A stretch of 64,000 bases of DNA. Origin: a virus. The stretch is from IMG/VR virus record IMGVR_UViG_3300042557_001775, positions 1 to 64,000 of that record; one strand, given 5' to 3'. The notes under the pieces were generated by a model. It was not told the DNA's origin. It ran no database searches and worked only from the letters and a program-made list of their open reading frames with translations. Below, in pieces: positions 1 to 8,189 of this stretch (positions are counted from its first letter, which is position 1; the number at the start of each line of letters is the position of its first letter). The translations under genes were made by a program, and so were the position numbers.

Positions 1-153
1 AATCTGGGACACCGCCTGCGCCAGCTCTCCAACATCCCCGGCTCAGGCGTCAGCATCGTGCAACGGCGCTACGGCCCCTTGAAAGTTATCAAGTGGAGGA
101 TCGAGCCTCCGGCCAAAGAGATCCTCGACGCAATCAGCGACGATCCGTTTTAA
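1..153 (+). CDS. 3' end of a gene truncated by the window edge (possibly primase/helicase)
   Basis: Frame 1 is open from base 1 (NLGHRLRQLSNIPG...DAISDDPF) to TAA at 151-153. The product is a guess based only on the adjacent ori-like repeats. Confidence 0.5.
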   Translation, partial: NLGHRLRQLSNIPGSGVSIVQRRYGPLKVIKWRIEPPAKEILDAISDDPF

Positions 154-227
154 GCAGCCTGAAGCATGAAGCATGGGGCATGAAGCCCGATTCTCGGGCG
201 AATTGCTGCGATTGAGCAATCATTACT

Positions 228-513
228 GGGGGTGACTTTTGCTTACCCCCGGGCAAAAAAGCGAAACCCCCCGCTTAACTCGCTGCGCGACAACGGCTTG
301 TCCCAAACAGGGGGTAAAGGGGGTGAGGGGTGGGGGTCGTTGGACCCGGACGAGAACGACGAGGGAGGGACAAACGGCGGTATATATAATATTACTTGTA
401 TAAGAAAAACACTGTGTTGAACCCCCTTACCCCCAGAATCGCCGTAATTCCCTGTCGGGAAGGGCTTTAACTCGTGTTTTCGTCTGGGGGTAAGCTGGGG
501 GTAATGGGGGTAA
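228..513. repeat. Iteron-like GGGGGTAA/TTACCCCC repeats around an AT-rich core; candidate replication origin
   Basis: GGGGGT(A/G)A at 228, 310, 319, 486, 497 and 506; inverted copies at 243 and 427; AT-rich 381-420. Confidence 0.6.
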
Positions 514-735
514 GACCCTTCAAAACTCGCGTTTTCGGGGGGTTTCGAGCCTGGCGAACAGGGGCTGTCGCGTTCCGGCGACCTTACGGGAGGTAACGTA
601 TCAGGAACCTGTCAAAAACTGACAGCCTGGTGCAAACCGTAGGACTTTGTTCGCAAGTGCATACACTTTTCAACAAGTGTATGCGTTCCTATCCGAGGCG
701 CAGGGCTGATCGCGAAAGAGTTTTCGCGATGACGC

Positions 736-957
736 TTACCACCCGAGGTACAGCCCTCGGTCGTCGAGGATCTCAATAACCCGAGCCCGGACGCTCTCGA
801 AAGTCCGATACTCCTCGGCGGTGTGTTCGCCGTGCTTGATCTGGGACCTGAGGTATTGCAGGAGGTCATCCATCGCCCACTTCCAATCCGAACCCTGGCG
901 GGCGTCGTTCAGCGCGGCGTCGTCCTCTGGGAGGTGGAATTCAAGGGTGGCTTTCAT
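736..957 (-). CDS. Small phage hypothetical protein (73 aa)
   Basis: ATG start, protein-like composition (MKATLEFHLPEDD...), downstream of the tRNA on the same strand. Confidence 0.75.
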   Translation of the reverse strand: MKATLEFHLPEDDAALNDARQGSDWKWAMDDLLQYLRSQIKHGEHTAEEYRTFESVRARVIEILDDRGLYLGW

Positions 958-1034
958 AAAGTGGGACGGGGTCTGGGTTTCCCCAGTAAACTGGCCGCCC
1001 GGTTTATCTCTCCGGAACTCAGACCCCCGTCATT

Positions 1035-1103
1035 TTGCAGGACCGGGAATCGAACCCGGAAAGCCGGCTTATGAGACCAGCTTAGGATCCAACCTTTCCT
1101 GCG
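1035..1103 (-). tRNA. tRNA-Met(CAT), initiator-like, with short D arm and no encoded CCA
   Basis: Acceptor stem CGCAGGA/TCCTGCA with C1:A72 mismatch, anticodon loop CTCATAA, T arm CCGGG-TTCGATT-CCCGG. Confidence 0.8.
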
Positions 1104-1108
1104 GGGTT

Positions 1109-1136
1109 AATATCCTTGCGCCTGCAATTGTGTCAA
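1109..1136 (-). promoter_or_regulatory. Sigma70-like promoter for the tRNA
   Basis: TTGACA-N16-GATATT, ending 5 nt before the tRNA 5' end. Confidence 0.55.
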
Positions 1137-1680
1137 ACGGCTCCCCTGATTGTTGCGGTTATCAGCCGGTTAATAAATGCAAAATCCTGGCAAAAATTTA
1201 TTTCCCATCAAATGATATGTAACTGCTGCGAAATTGGTGATCAGAGGGGACCGTGGTGGATCGGGTGGTGGGTCACAGATTCAGGATCCGTGCGCTTTCT
1301 ACCGATCATCTCTGTATTGTGCCGCATTGTGACGAGAACCATGAAGCATGGATATTGCTGCAAGCCTCTGTGCATCAATGACTTACGCCAAAAGGGGCAA
1401 ATCAGCCTCTAACAGAGTAGCATCAGGCCAAATAGCCCACCTCTATACAACATAGAAGGGAAAATCCGGCCCTTTTGATTGATTCGCCCTGCTTTTCAGG
1501 GGGTTTCCCTCCTTTGGCCTCATAACCTGCCTACCGATTAACAGAGTAAATCGCCGTGTCCCGTCCATTTATTCATGGAAGAAAGCTCCAACGGAGCCGG
1601 ATTCCTAACCATACAACCCCGCAGCCAGAGGGAATACGCCGATCAGATCATTCTGATTCTGCGCTGGCATCGTTAGTCCT

Positions 1681-2061
1681 ATGAATAAAAACACTGCACT
1701 CAAGTCACTCGTCGCCGCAATCGCCTCCGCTGACAAAGCGTTGGTCAGCATCGGCGAGAAAGGCAAAGCCGCTCGCGCCGCTGGCGTCGAGAAAACCGAA
1801 TTGCGTGACGCGCTCCGCGAGTTGTTCGGCTTCGACAAAACCCGCGAAGGCTCCAAGCCCCGCCACGCGATCAACAGCAAGATCAGCTACTACCTCGCCA
1901 TCGCTGGCTACAACAAGAGCAACGTTGGTTCCAAGGGCGGCGCATACGAAGTGACCAAAGGCTTCGTGTCCTACGTCAAGAAAGGCCTGAAGGAGTTCGG
2001 CATCGAAGAGACCGACTACCGCAAGGCTCTCAACGCGGCGATCGCCGAGATCATCGGCTAA
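1681..2061 (+). CDS. Basic hypothetical protein, first early gene (126 aa)
   Basis: ATG start, strong C-ending codon bias, flanked by two palindrome copies. Confidence 0.85.
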   Translation: MNKNTALKSLVAAIASADKALVSIGEKGKAARAAGVEKTELRDALRELFGFDKTREGSKPRHAINSKISYYLAIAGYNKSNVGSKGGAYEVTKGFVSYVKKGLKEFGIEETDYRKALNAAIAEIIG

Positions 2062-2188
2062 TCAGAACGATCTGATTCACGCTCCGTTGATCGAGAACAA
2101 CAGCGCAGGGCTTCGGCCCTGCGTTGTATCTTGCTCAAAGAGGCAAGCGTGGCGCGATTCACGCACCATGAACCATGAACCATGAACC

Positions 2189-2398
2189 ATGTCCACAAAA
2201 TCAAAACTACTGCCCCTATTAACCGATGCCGAAGTGAAGCGTGAAGCCGACGCGATTGAGCGTTACATCGAACACCGCAATCCCTTCTTTGGTAAAGTTT
2301 CGTTCGGCGAGTTTTGTCGTATCCCATACATGACTCCCGCCGAGATTGCGGACGCTTCGCCGGAGTTGCAACACGCCGCGACGTTCTGGAGCTACTAA
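2189..2398 (+). CDS. Hypothetical protein (69 aa)
   Basis: ORF in the early operon, preceded by ACCATGA heptamer repeats. Confidence 0.7.
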   Translation: MSTKSKLLPLLTDAEVKREADAIERYIEHRNPFFGKVSFGEFCRIPYMTPAEIADASPELQHAATFWSY

Positions 2399-2400
2399 CA

Positions 2401-2490
2401 ATGTTCGTCGAAGACCTCATCAACCCGATGATTGCTATCGGGTCGTTCCTCATAGTCTACACCTTCATCCGTAGTTTGATGGATTGGTAG
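2401..2490 (+). CDS. Small membrane peptide (29 aa)
   Basis: MFVEDLINPMIAIGSFLIVYTFIRSLMDW; ATG 2 nt after the upstream stop; below the ORF track cutoff. Confidence 0.5.
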   Translation: MFVEDLINPMIAIGSFLIVYTFIRSLMDW

Positions 2491-2613
2491 CTAATCACAT
2501 CGGCGCATCCTTCGGGGTGCGTCGAGGTGTCGAATCAGAATGTTCTGATTCGCTCCCTCGGCATGAGGGGCAACAAACTCCCCGCAAGGCGAGCATCATG
2601 CCACACCACGAAC

Positions 2614-2805
2614 ATGGAAACAGGAATACCCCTGCCCAAGAAAAAGCTGCCCCGCTTCCGCGAGGCGAAAGACGAGGGACGTCCCCTCGCCTTCGAGCCA
2701 ACCCCCAAGGAACTCGAAGACGAAAGGTCGCGCTATCTGGCGGCCAACAACCGCAACTTCGGGACGAATCTGGCTTTCGTCATTGACTTCGTCCCTAAAT
2801 CATAA
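2614..2805 (+). CDS. Hypothetical protein (63 aa)
   Basis: In-frame ATG (METGIPLPKK) downstream of the palindrome is preferred over the track start at 2527. Confidence 0.65.
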   Translation: METGIPLPKKKLPRFREAKDEGRPLAFEPTPKELEDERSRYLAANNRNFGTNLAFVIDFVPKS

Positions 2806-2815
2806 CCTCATCACC

Positions 2816-3031
2816 ATGAGCCATGAAACAAGGTTCCTTAACCCTGATCCACAGCCACAGGCCGATCTGGCCGAGTGGCGTCCGAGTGCCAAAACCCCGA
2901 TCGCTAAACGTCATGCCGAGAAATCCGGAATGCCGAGCATCGACATTGGCGAAGGAGTCGAGCCGTCACTCTCCGACTTCGGTTTCTACCATCCTGCGGC
3001 AAATGAACGCGGAGGTCGATATGCGGAGTGA
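2816..3031 (+). CDS. Hypothetical protein (71 aa)
   Basis: ATG (MSHETRF) directly after an ATAACC-N5-ACC motif. Confidence 0.65.
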   Translation: MSHETRFLNPDPQPQADLAEWRPSAKTPIAKRHAEKSGMPSIDIGEGVEPSLSDFGFYHPAANERGGRYAE

Positions 3032-3110
3032 CATCAACAAAACCAAGTGTCTGGAGAAGCTGGTCTTATTGTCCCTGCTCCTCGTTTGGATGCTGTTCGC
3101 TCTGCTGTAA
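3021..3110 (+). CDS. Small membrane peptide (29 aa)
   Basis: GGAGG 5 nt before the ATG; hydrophobic C-terminus LVLLSLLLVWMLFALL. Confidence 0.5.
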   Translation: MRSDINKTKCLEKLVLLSLLLVWMLFALL

Positions 3111-3164
3111 TAACCACAACACCCGAATCAGAACGTTCTGATTCACATCCTATCATCTATCACG

Positions 3165-3698
3165 ATGCCTACTAACACCACCAAAACCTACGTCCTTCGT
3201 GGAGGAACTTATCCCAAAGACTCCATCGAAGTTGATACTGAAGCAGGAACCTTCTACCGCTCCGGCGGCGGCTTTGTCCGCAACATCGCGGACTTGAAGC
3301 GTTTCAACGAGGACTTCCGTCCCGCTACGGAAGAAGAACTCAACTACAACCCGCCCTTCCGCAAGGGCCGCTTCTCCATCGAGATGATGGACGAGGACAA
3401 GCCGTTCCTTTGCGTGGACGGCTACACGATGGGCTTTCTCTGGAACGGATGGGCGATGCCCGTCTTCGACAAGGAGAACGCGGAGAAGATCCTGAAGGCG
3501 ACCGATGCCAAATACCGCTACGACGAAGCCACGGACACCTTCTCGTGGATCGTTCTCGACGGCGAGGAAGAAGACTCGACGCAAGGCAGCATCATCCACG
3601 TCGATGGTGTGCCGGTGAAGGTCTACTCCATCGGCGCAGGGTCGTGGACTTGGGACGAGGTGACCGATCCCGAGCAAGTCGGTGACGTGGAGGAGTAG
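3165..3698 (+). CDS. Conserved-looking phage hypothetical protein (177 aa)
   Basis: WNGWAMPVF and YSIGAGSWTW motifs; strong codon bias. Confidence 0.85.
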   Translation: MPTNTTKTYVLRGGTYPKDSIEVDTEAGTFYRSGGGFVRNIADLKRFNEDFRPATEEELNYNPPFRKGRFSIEMMDEDKPFLCVDGYTMGFLWNGWAMPVFDKENAEKILKATDAKYRYDEATDTFSWIVLDGEEEDSTQGSIIHVDGVPVKVYSIGAGSWTWDEVTDPEQVGDVEE

Positions 3699-3803
3699 TG
3701 ACACCGCCTCTCCCACTTTGGGAGGGGCGCAGTCTCGACTCATTCAGGGCCGAGAGAATCAGAACGTTCTGATTCAAACCACAAAACCTAACATGGAGGT
3801 AAC

Positions 3804-4127
3804 ATGAAAAGAAAAAAGTCGTCGCCCACATTCACATACAAAGATTCGGAAAAAGCCGCCGATCTCCTCAACAAGCTGTCGAGCGAGAACCGCTGCAACA
3901 GCAACCCGCATTACCGGCCAGACGCGTTGGATACAACCGACCTCGGCGCCTTGCGTAAGGCGCTCTGGGACGCCGTCCGTCTCCTCGACGACGCGCGCCG
4001 CGAACGCGACACGGAGCATCAACGGCACTGGAAGACGGAAGCGGGGAACATCGAGCGCATCTCCCAACTCGAACGCGAGAGGTCCACGCTGATCGGCGCC
4101 TTCAAGCTAGTTCTGTCGAGCAAATGA
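3804..4127 (+). CDS. Hypothetical coiled-coil protein (107 aa)
   Basis: GGAGG RBS before the ATG; ATGA-type overlap with the next gene. Confidence 0.8.
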   Translation: MKRKKSSPTFTYKDSEKAADLLNKLSSENRCNSNPHYRPDALDTTDLGALRKALWDAVRLLDDARRERDTEHQRHWKTEAGNIERISQLERERSTLIGAFKLVLSSK

Positions 4128-4390
4128 ACTGGCAACAGACGCTTCAGGAAATCAAGGGGGCTTATAAGTGGGAGGAAATCAACGATCACTCTCGCCGCGT
4201 CGTGCTTCGCATGAGTGAATGCGGAAGCGGAAACGGAACCGACTGCGAACCCGATCCGGCTATGCTGAGTTGGGCGCGGGAGACGGGCCGTTCGATCCGC
4301 AAGCAATGGCCGGGCGTCCGCGTGACGCTCGTCACCATCGACGAGTGGGTCTGTGTCGAGGTCGAGATCGACAAAGAGAAAGAGGAGTGA
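4124..4390 (+). CDS. Hypothetical protein (88 aa)
   Basis: Overlapping start and stop with the upstream gene. Confidence 0.75.
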   Translation: MNWQQTLQEIKGAYKWEEINDHSRRVVLRMSECGSGNGTDCEPDPAMLSWARETGRSIRKQWPGVRVTLVTIDEWVCVEVEIDKEKEE

Positions 4391-4502
4391 GGCTCCGCGC
4401 CCCTTCCAACTCTGGGAGGGGCGTCAGCCTCAAGCCTTCCGGCTTGGGGAATCAGAACATTCTGATTCATAACCAAAACACCTAACATGGAGATATAACA
4501 CC

Positions 4503-5114
4503 ATGCCTATTAAGAAAGTTGATCTGTCTGCCATCGGCACAAAGCCGAGCGGCAGCAAGAAATCGTATCCTGCGCTGCCCGTCACGCCGGAGATGAACGA
4601 ACACCTCAAGGTTATCCTCAAGAATAACCGCGAGATCGAAGTCATCGAGGCTGACACCGCTGCGCGTCGCGCTGAACTCATCCCGCAAGCGATGAAGTTC
4701 TTGTATGAGTTCTATCGCGGCAAGACTGACATCGAGTCCTCGCTCGAAGCGAAGACCGACGAAGGAGATTCGATGCTCTTCACGATGGCGAACCGCTATC
4801 GTGGATTGCCTGACGAGTCGCCCATCGTGGACTTGATCGGCGAAGACCGAACCACGGCCTACTTCTCCCAGAGTGTGGAGATCAAGGTCAACGGCGACAA
4901 AGTCCCGCTCGACAATCTGCCGGTCTTTGTGGCCGAGCTGACCGAGCTGTGCGCTCGCCACAACGCCTCGGGAGCTTTGACTTCCAAGGCGGTGATCAAG
5001 CCGAGTCCCGAGTTCCACACCGCCCGGCACACGGCATTCACGCCGGAGGAGAACATCGCTTTGGACTCGTTCCTCGCTCCGGTGGTGATGATCAAGACCA
5101 AGGGTCGCAAGTAA
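4503..5114 (+). CDS. Hypothetical protein (203 aa)
   Basis: GGAG RBS; strong codon bias; TAATG coupling to the ligase gene. Confidence 0.85.
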   Translation: MPIKKVDLSAIGTKPSGSKKSYPALPVTPEMNEHLKVILKNNREIEVIEADTAARRAELIPQAMKFLYEFYRGKTDIESSLEAKTDEGDSMLFTMANRYRGLPDESPIVDLIGEDRTTAYFSQSVEIKVNGDKVPLDNLPVFVAELTELCARHNASGALTSKAVIKPSPEFHTARHTAFTPEENIALDSFLAPVVMIKTKGRK

Positions 5115-5719
5115 TGAACCCGCCAACCTTCCCTGCGCGGCCGATGAAAGGCGGCCCGTTGGATCGGGCTAGGCAGAAGCCTGAACCCGAAGCATGGTTC
5201 TATGAACCCAAGGTCAACGGCTGGCGTGTTCTCATCGACGTGAAGAACAAGAAGATGTGGACGCGTTACAACCGACCATCATCGGTCGAGCATAAGTTTC
5301 AACCTGCGCTCGATCAACTGGTGGCCGCGTTTGGCGGCTTCGGCTGGCTGGACTGCGAAGCCCTCGGACTTCGCGCTCTGGGAGCAGGGCTTGGATCACT
5401 CGTCGTGTTCGACATCTGCAACCTACCCGGCGACTCCTACGAACAGCGGCAAGAGATCCTCGACCTCGCGCTGCAAGATGTCGTCTGGCCGTGGTCCATC
5501 AACGCAAAGCCAGCGCAAGACGTCATCTATCGGCTGCCCCGCTGCGGCTGGCCCAGAGCCGACGAGTTGTATGCCGACTTGAAAGCGGCCAACGCCGCGC
5601 TCGGCCTTGAGCTGTATGAAGGCGTCGTGGCGAAGCATGGACGGAAAACCTACCCGACACAGCTTCGATCCGCTACGGAGGAGACTCCTTGGTGGGTCAA
5701 GCATCGTTGGGACTATTAG
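5114..5719 (+). CDS. ATP-dependent ligase-like nucleotidyltransferase domain protein (201 aa)
   Basis: Motif I EPKVNGWR, motif III LDCE, motif IIIa VVFD, motif IV EGVVAK, motif V WWVK. Start set at the TAATG overlap. Confidence 0.8.
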   Translation: MNPPTFPARPMKGGPLDRARQKPEPEAWFYEPKVNGWRVLIDVKNKKMWTRYNRPSSVEHKFQPALDQLVAAFGGFGWLDCEALGLRALGAGLGSLVVFDICNLPGDSYEQRQEILDLALQDVVWPWSINAKPAQDVIYRLPRCGWPRADELYADLKAANAALGLELYEGVVAKHGRKTYPTQLRSATEETPWWVKHRWDY

Positions 5720-5733
5720 AAAGGAGGTAACAC

Positions 5734-6198
5734 ATGAGAAAGACGTCTATTGAATGTGCAATGGAAATCTGGAAAGCCGGCGGCGGCGTTGCCGCCAGCG
5801 AATGGCAGGAGAGAGCATCCTACGGACGGGGCGGGTATCCGATCTACAAGCGGCGACCCACGCCTGTCTTCAGTCGGGAAATGACGCGCAACGATCTCTC
5901 GTTGTTGGCGATGTGCCCTGATCCGGAAGATGCGGCTTATTTCCGGGCGATCCTCGCCAACGTGACTCGCCGCCATCCCAAAGTGCGGAAGGTCATCGTG
6001 GTCAACGATCCGGTCGGGCTGCGGTCCGCGTGTGTGGATGCGGAAATCCCAGAGCCAAGGTTCGACGCCTTGATGGGCCAATGGGATATCGGCAACACAG
6101 TGGCGAGCCAGCGCGTATGGCAGGCCCAGGCCAAGCCGCGCTATGCGTGGCAAGGTCTCGTGAAAAGGCTTGATCCTGCTCCGGCGCTGGGTTCATAA
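5734..6198 (+). CDS. Hypothetical protein (154 aa)
   Basis: AAGGAGGT RBS before the ATG. Confidence 0.8.
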   Translation: MRKTSIECAMEIWKAGGGVAASEWQERASYGRGGYPIYKRRPTPVFSREMTRNDLSLLAMCPDPEDAAYFRAILANVTRRHPKVRKVIVVNDPVGLRSACVDAEIPEPRFDALMGQWDIGNTVASQRVWQAQAKPRYAWQGLVKRLDPAPALGS

Positions 6199-6345
6199 CC
6201 TGCCAACCGGAATCAGAACCTTCTGATTCTGGGAGGAACACCATCCCTTCTCACTCAACAAATGTTGAGTCTGGGAGGGGATGGCATCCTCCCCGCAGCT
6301 CTAGCTGCGACGGAGATCATAACCTAACTACCAAAGGAGGTATAC

Positions 6346-8022
6346 ATGCCCATCAAATACTACACCCCCACGCTCGACAAAGCGGTGAAGGATCACCACA
6401 TCGACTACCGAGTGCGGGGCCGACTGCCAGAAACTTACGACCTGCAATGGGTCGATAAGCGTCACCCGTGCAAGACCGGCTGCTGGCGTTTCGACCACGC
6501 GTCTGGTCGCCACGAGATCCGTTTGTCCGTGATCTGCTACGACACCCTGACCAAGGGCGGAGCAGCACACGGCAAGCGGGTCGCCGTGCCTGACCTGTAT
6601 CGCAACGTCTACGAACACGAGGCAGCGCACTCGCTCTACACGACCAAAGACCTCGAAGGTCTCGGCAAGATTCTTGCCGCCGAGAAAATCCCTTGGCGGC
6701 TGATGAACTTGTTCGAGGACTGCCGCATCGAGCGTAATTGGATCCTCCGCGAACGCGCTGGCAAGTCGTTTCGCTGGACTCGTTGGGAGGAGCATCCGCC
6801 CGTCTCCAAGATGAGCGCGAGCAGCTTGCTCTTCCACATGAAGACCGAAGGCCTGACCCGCAGCGGGTATCGCTTCCCTCGGTCGTTCATCATTGCCCAT
6901 CGGACACACCCCAACTGGCGCAAAGTCTACGACTATTACCGCCGCATCGTCGGATGTGGAGGGACCGAAGACCTCGTGCCGATCCTCAAGGACTGGCTCA
7001 AGGACTTCCCCGCTACGGGTGACGACACCATCGAGGGCGAAGGCGGCGCTGGAACCGGCGACATGGGCGAAGCGATCGGCGAGGCCACGGGGACGCACCC
7101 CAAGGACGTCAAAGCGAAAGACCCCAAAGGCGAAGGCGCATCGCCGGAGACCAAATCCGGAGGCGGCAAGGGGAAAGGCGGCAAGGCGCCCGGCACCCGT
7201 GCCGAGACCACCGAGTCGCCGAGTCACGGACGCGGCAGCGGCGGCTCCGCTTCCGAAGTCGTGCCGACCATCGACCACGAGACCGAGCGTTCGCTCCGGC
7301 TGGCGCAACTGCTGGCCCAAGCGTTCCGCAAGAACGGCGTCATCGCCAAAGGGCCAACGGCCCGTCCGTCCAAGCGGCTCAACCTGCGCGGCTTGCTGCG
7401 CGGCGACTGGTCTCGTCCGTTTGTCGGCAAGACCATCGGCAACACGAACAAGCCGCACATCTCGTTCGTCATGGATTGCTCGGGCAGCATGGGCTGCCTG
7501 ACTCACCTTGATCGTTCGCGCAAGGTTGCGCTCCGCACCGACGACTGCGGTCGAATCCTTGCTCGTGCCTTGAACGAGCTGGCTCGTCTCGGTCACATCA
7601 CGGGCGTCGTCTACGGCTCATCGGATGGCGGCTGCCATTCGCGCACCGAGCTGCCTGTCCCAGACCATGTGCTGACGATGGACGCCGGCCTCGAAGCCTT
7701 CTCCGGCTCCGAGGGTATCGGCCTCACGTTGGCGCCCGGCTGCAAGCCCGGCTGCTACACGAAGAAAGGCTCCGGCTCGTTCTTCGAGGAGATCGCCGCC
7801 AAGTCCAAGATTGCCATCGTCTACACGGACGGCTGCATCACGGACGCTCCGGTCAATCGTATGCCGCTCCGTGCGCGTGGCGTCTACACCATCGGCGCCT
7901 ATGCCGGACCGGACAAGACCATCTCACTACGACACCACTTCGATTACGTCATCAGCCGTGACTCGTTGTGGGGCGTAGCCGATGCGCTCGTCCGCACCCT
8001 GAAGTCCATCCCGCGCAAGTAA
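6346..8022 (+). CDS. CobT-like protein: N-terminal HExxH domain, low-complexity linker and VWA domain
   Basis: YEHEAAH and NLFEDCRIE; Gly/Lys/Glu-rich linker; MIDAS DCSGS and YTDG; AAGGAGG RBS. Confidence 0.85.
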   Translation: MPIKYYTPTLDKAVKDHHIDYRVRGRLPETYDLQWVDKRHPCKTGCWRFDHASGRHEIRLSVICYDTLTKGGAAHGKRVAVPDLYRNVYEHEAAHSLYTTKDLEGLGKILAAEKIPWRLMNLFEDCRIERNWILRERAGKSFRWTRWEEHPPVSKMSASSLLFHMKTEGLTRSGYRFPRSFIIAHRTHPNWRKVYDYYRRIVGCGGTEDLVPILKDWLKDFPATGDDTIEGEGGAGTGDMGEAIGEATGTHPKDVKAKDPKGEGASPETKSGGGKGKGGKAPGTRAETTESPSHGRGSGGSASEVVPTIDHETERSLRLAQLLAQAFRKNGVIAKGPTARPSKRLNLRGLLRGDWSRPFVGKTIGNTNKPHISFVMDCSGSMGCLTHLDRSRKVALRTDDCGRILARALNELARLGHITGVVYGSSDGGCHSRTELPVPDHVLTMDAGLEAFSGSEGIGLTLAPGCKPGCYTKKGSGSFFEEIAAKSKIAIVYTDGCITDAPVNRMPLRARGVYTIGAYAGPDKTISLRHHFDYVISRDSLWGVADALVRTLKSIPRK

Positions 8023-8189
8023 CCCCTGCCTCGGGAGACCCACCTCCCCTTCCCGCTCTGGGAGGGGGAGCTAGTCTCTCACTCAACCAATGTTGAGTTC
8101 GGGAGTTAAACACAACCCCCTCTGGTATGCGGGGAACCGAATCAGAGCCAATCAGAAGGTTCTGATTCCGTTGCATACCAAACGTTAAC

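Larger units (their letters stand above)
1640..8168. repeat. Dispersed 20-bp palindrome GAATCAGAANNTTCTGATTC, 8 intergenic copies
   Basis: Copies start at 1640 (degenerate), 2059, 2532, 3125, 3756, 4449, 6210 and 8149. Confidence 0.95.

Noticed and set aside
232-420. 62-aa ORF over the G-rich repeats
   Set aside because: It lies on the iteron-like region, has low-complexity translation and no RBS, so it is probably non-coding.
965-1031. Hammerhead ribozyme (CTGA and GAAAC on the - strand)
   Set aside because: The core reads CTGAGTT rather than CTGANGA, and the stem arrangement does not fit.
1640-8168. CRISPR array or integron attC array
   Set aside because: The repeats are separated by whole genes (0.4-1.9 kb), there is no cas operon, and there are no attC GTT/AAC ends or extrahelical bases.
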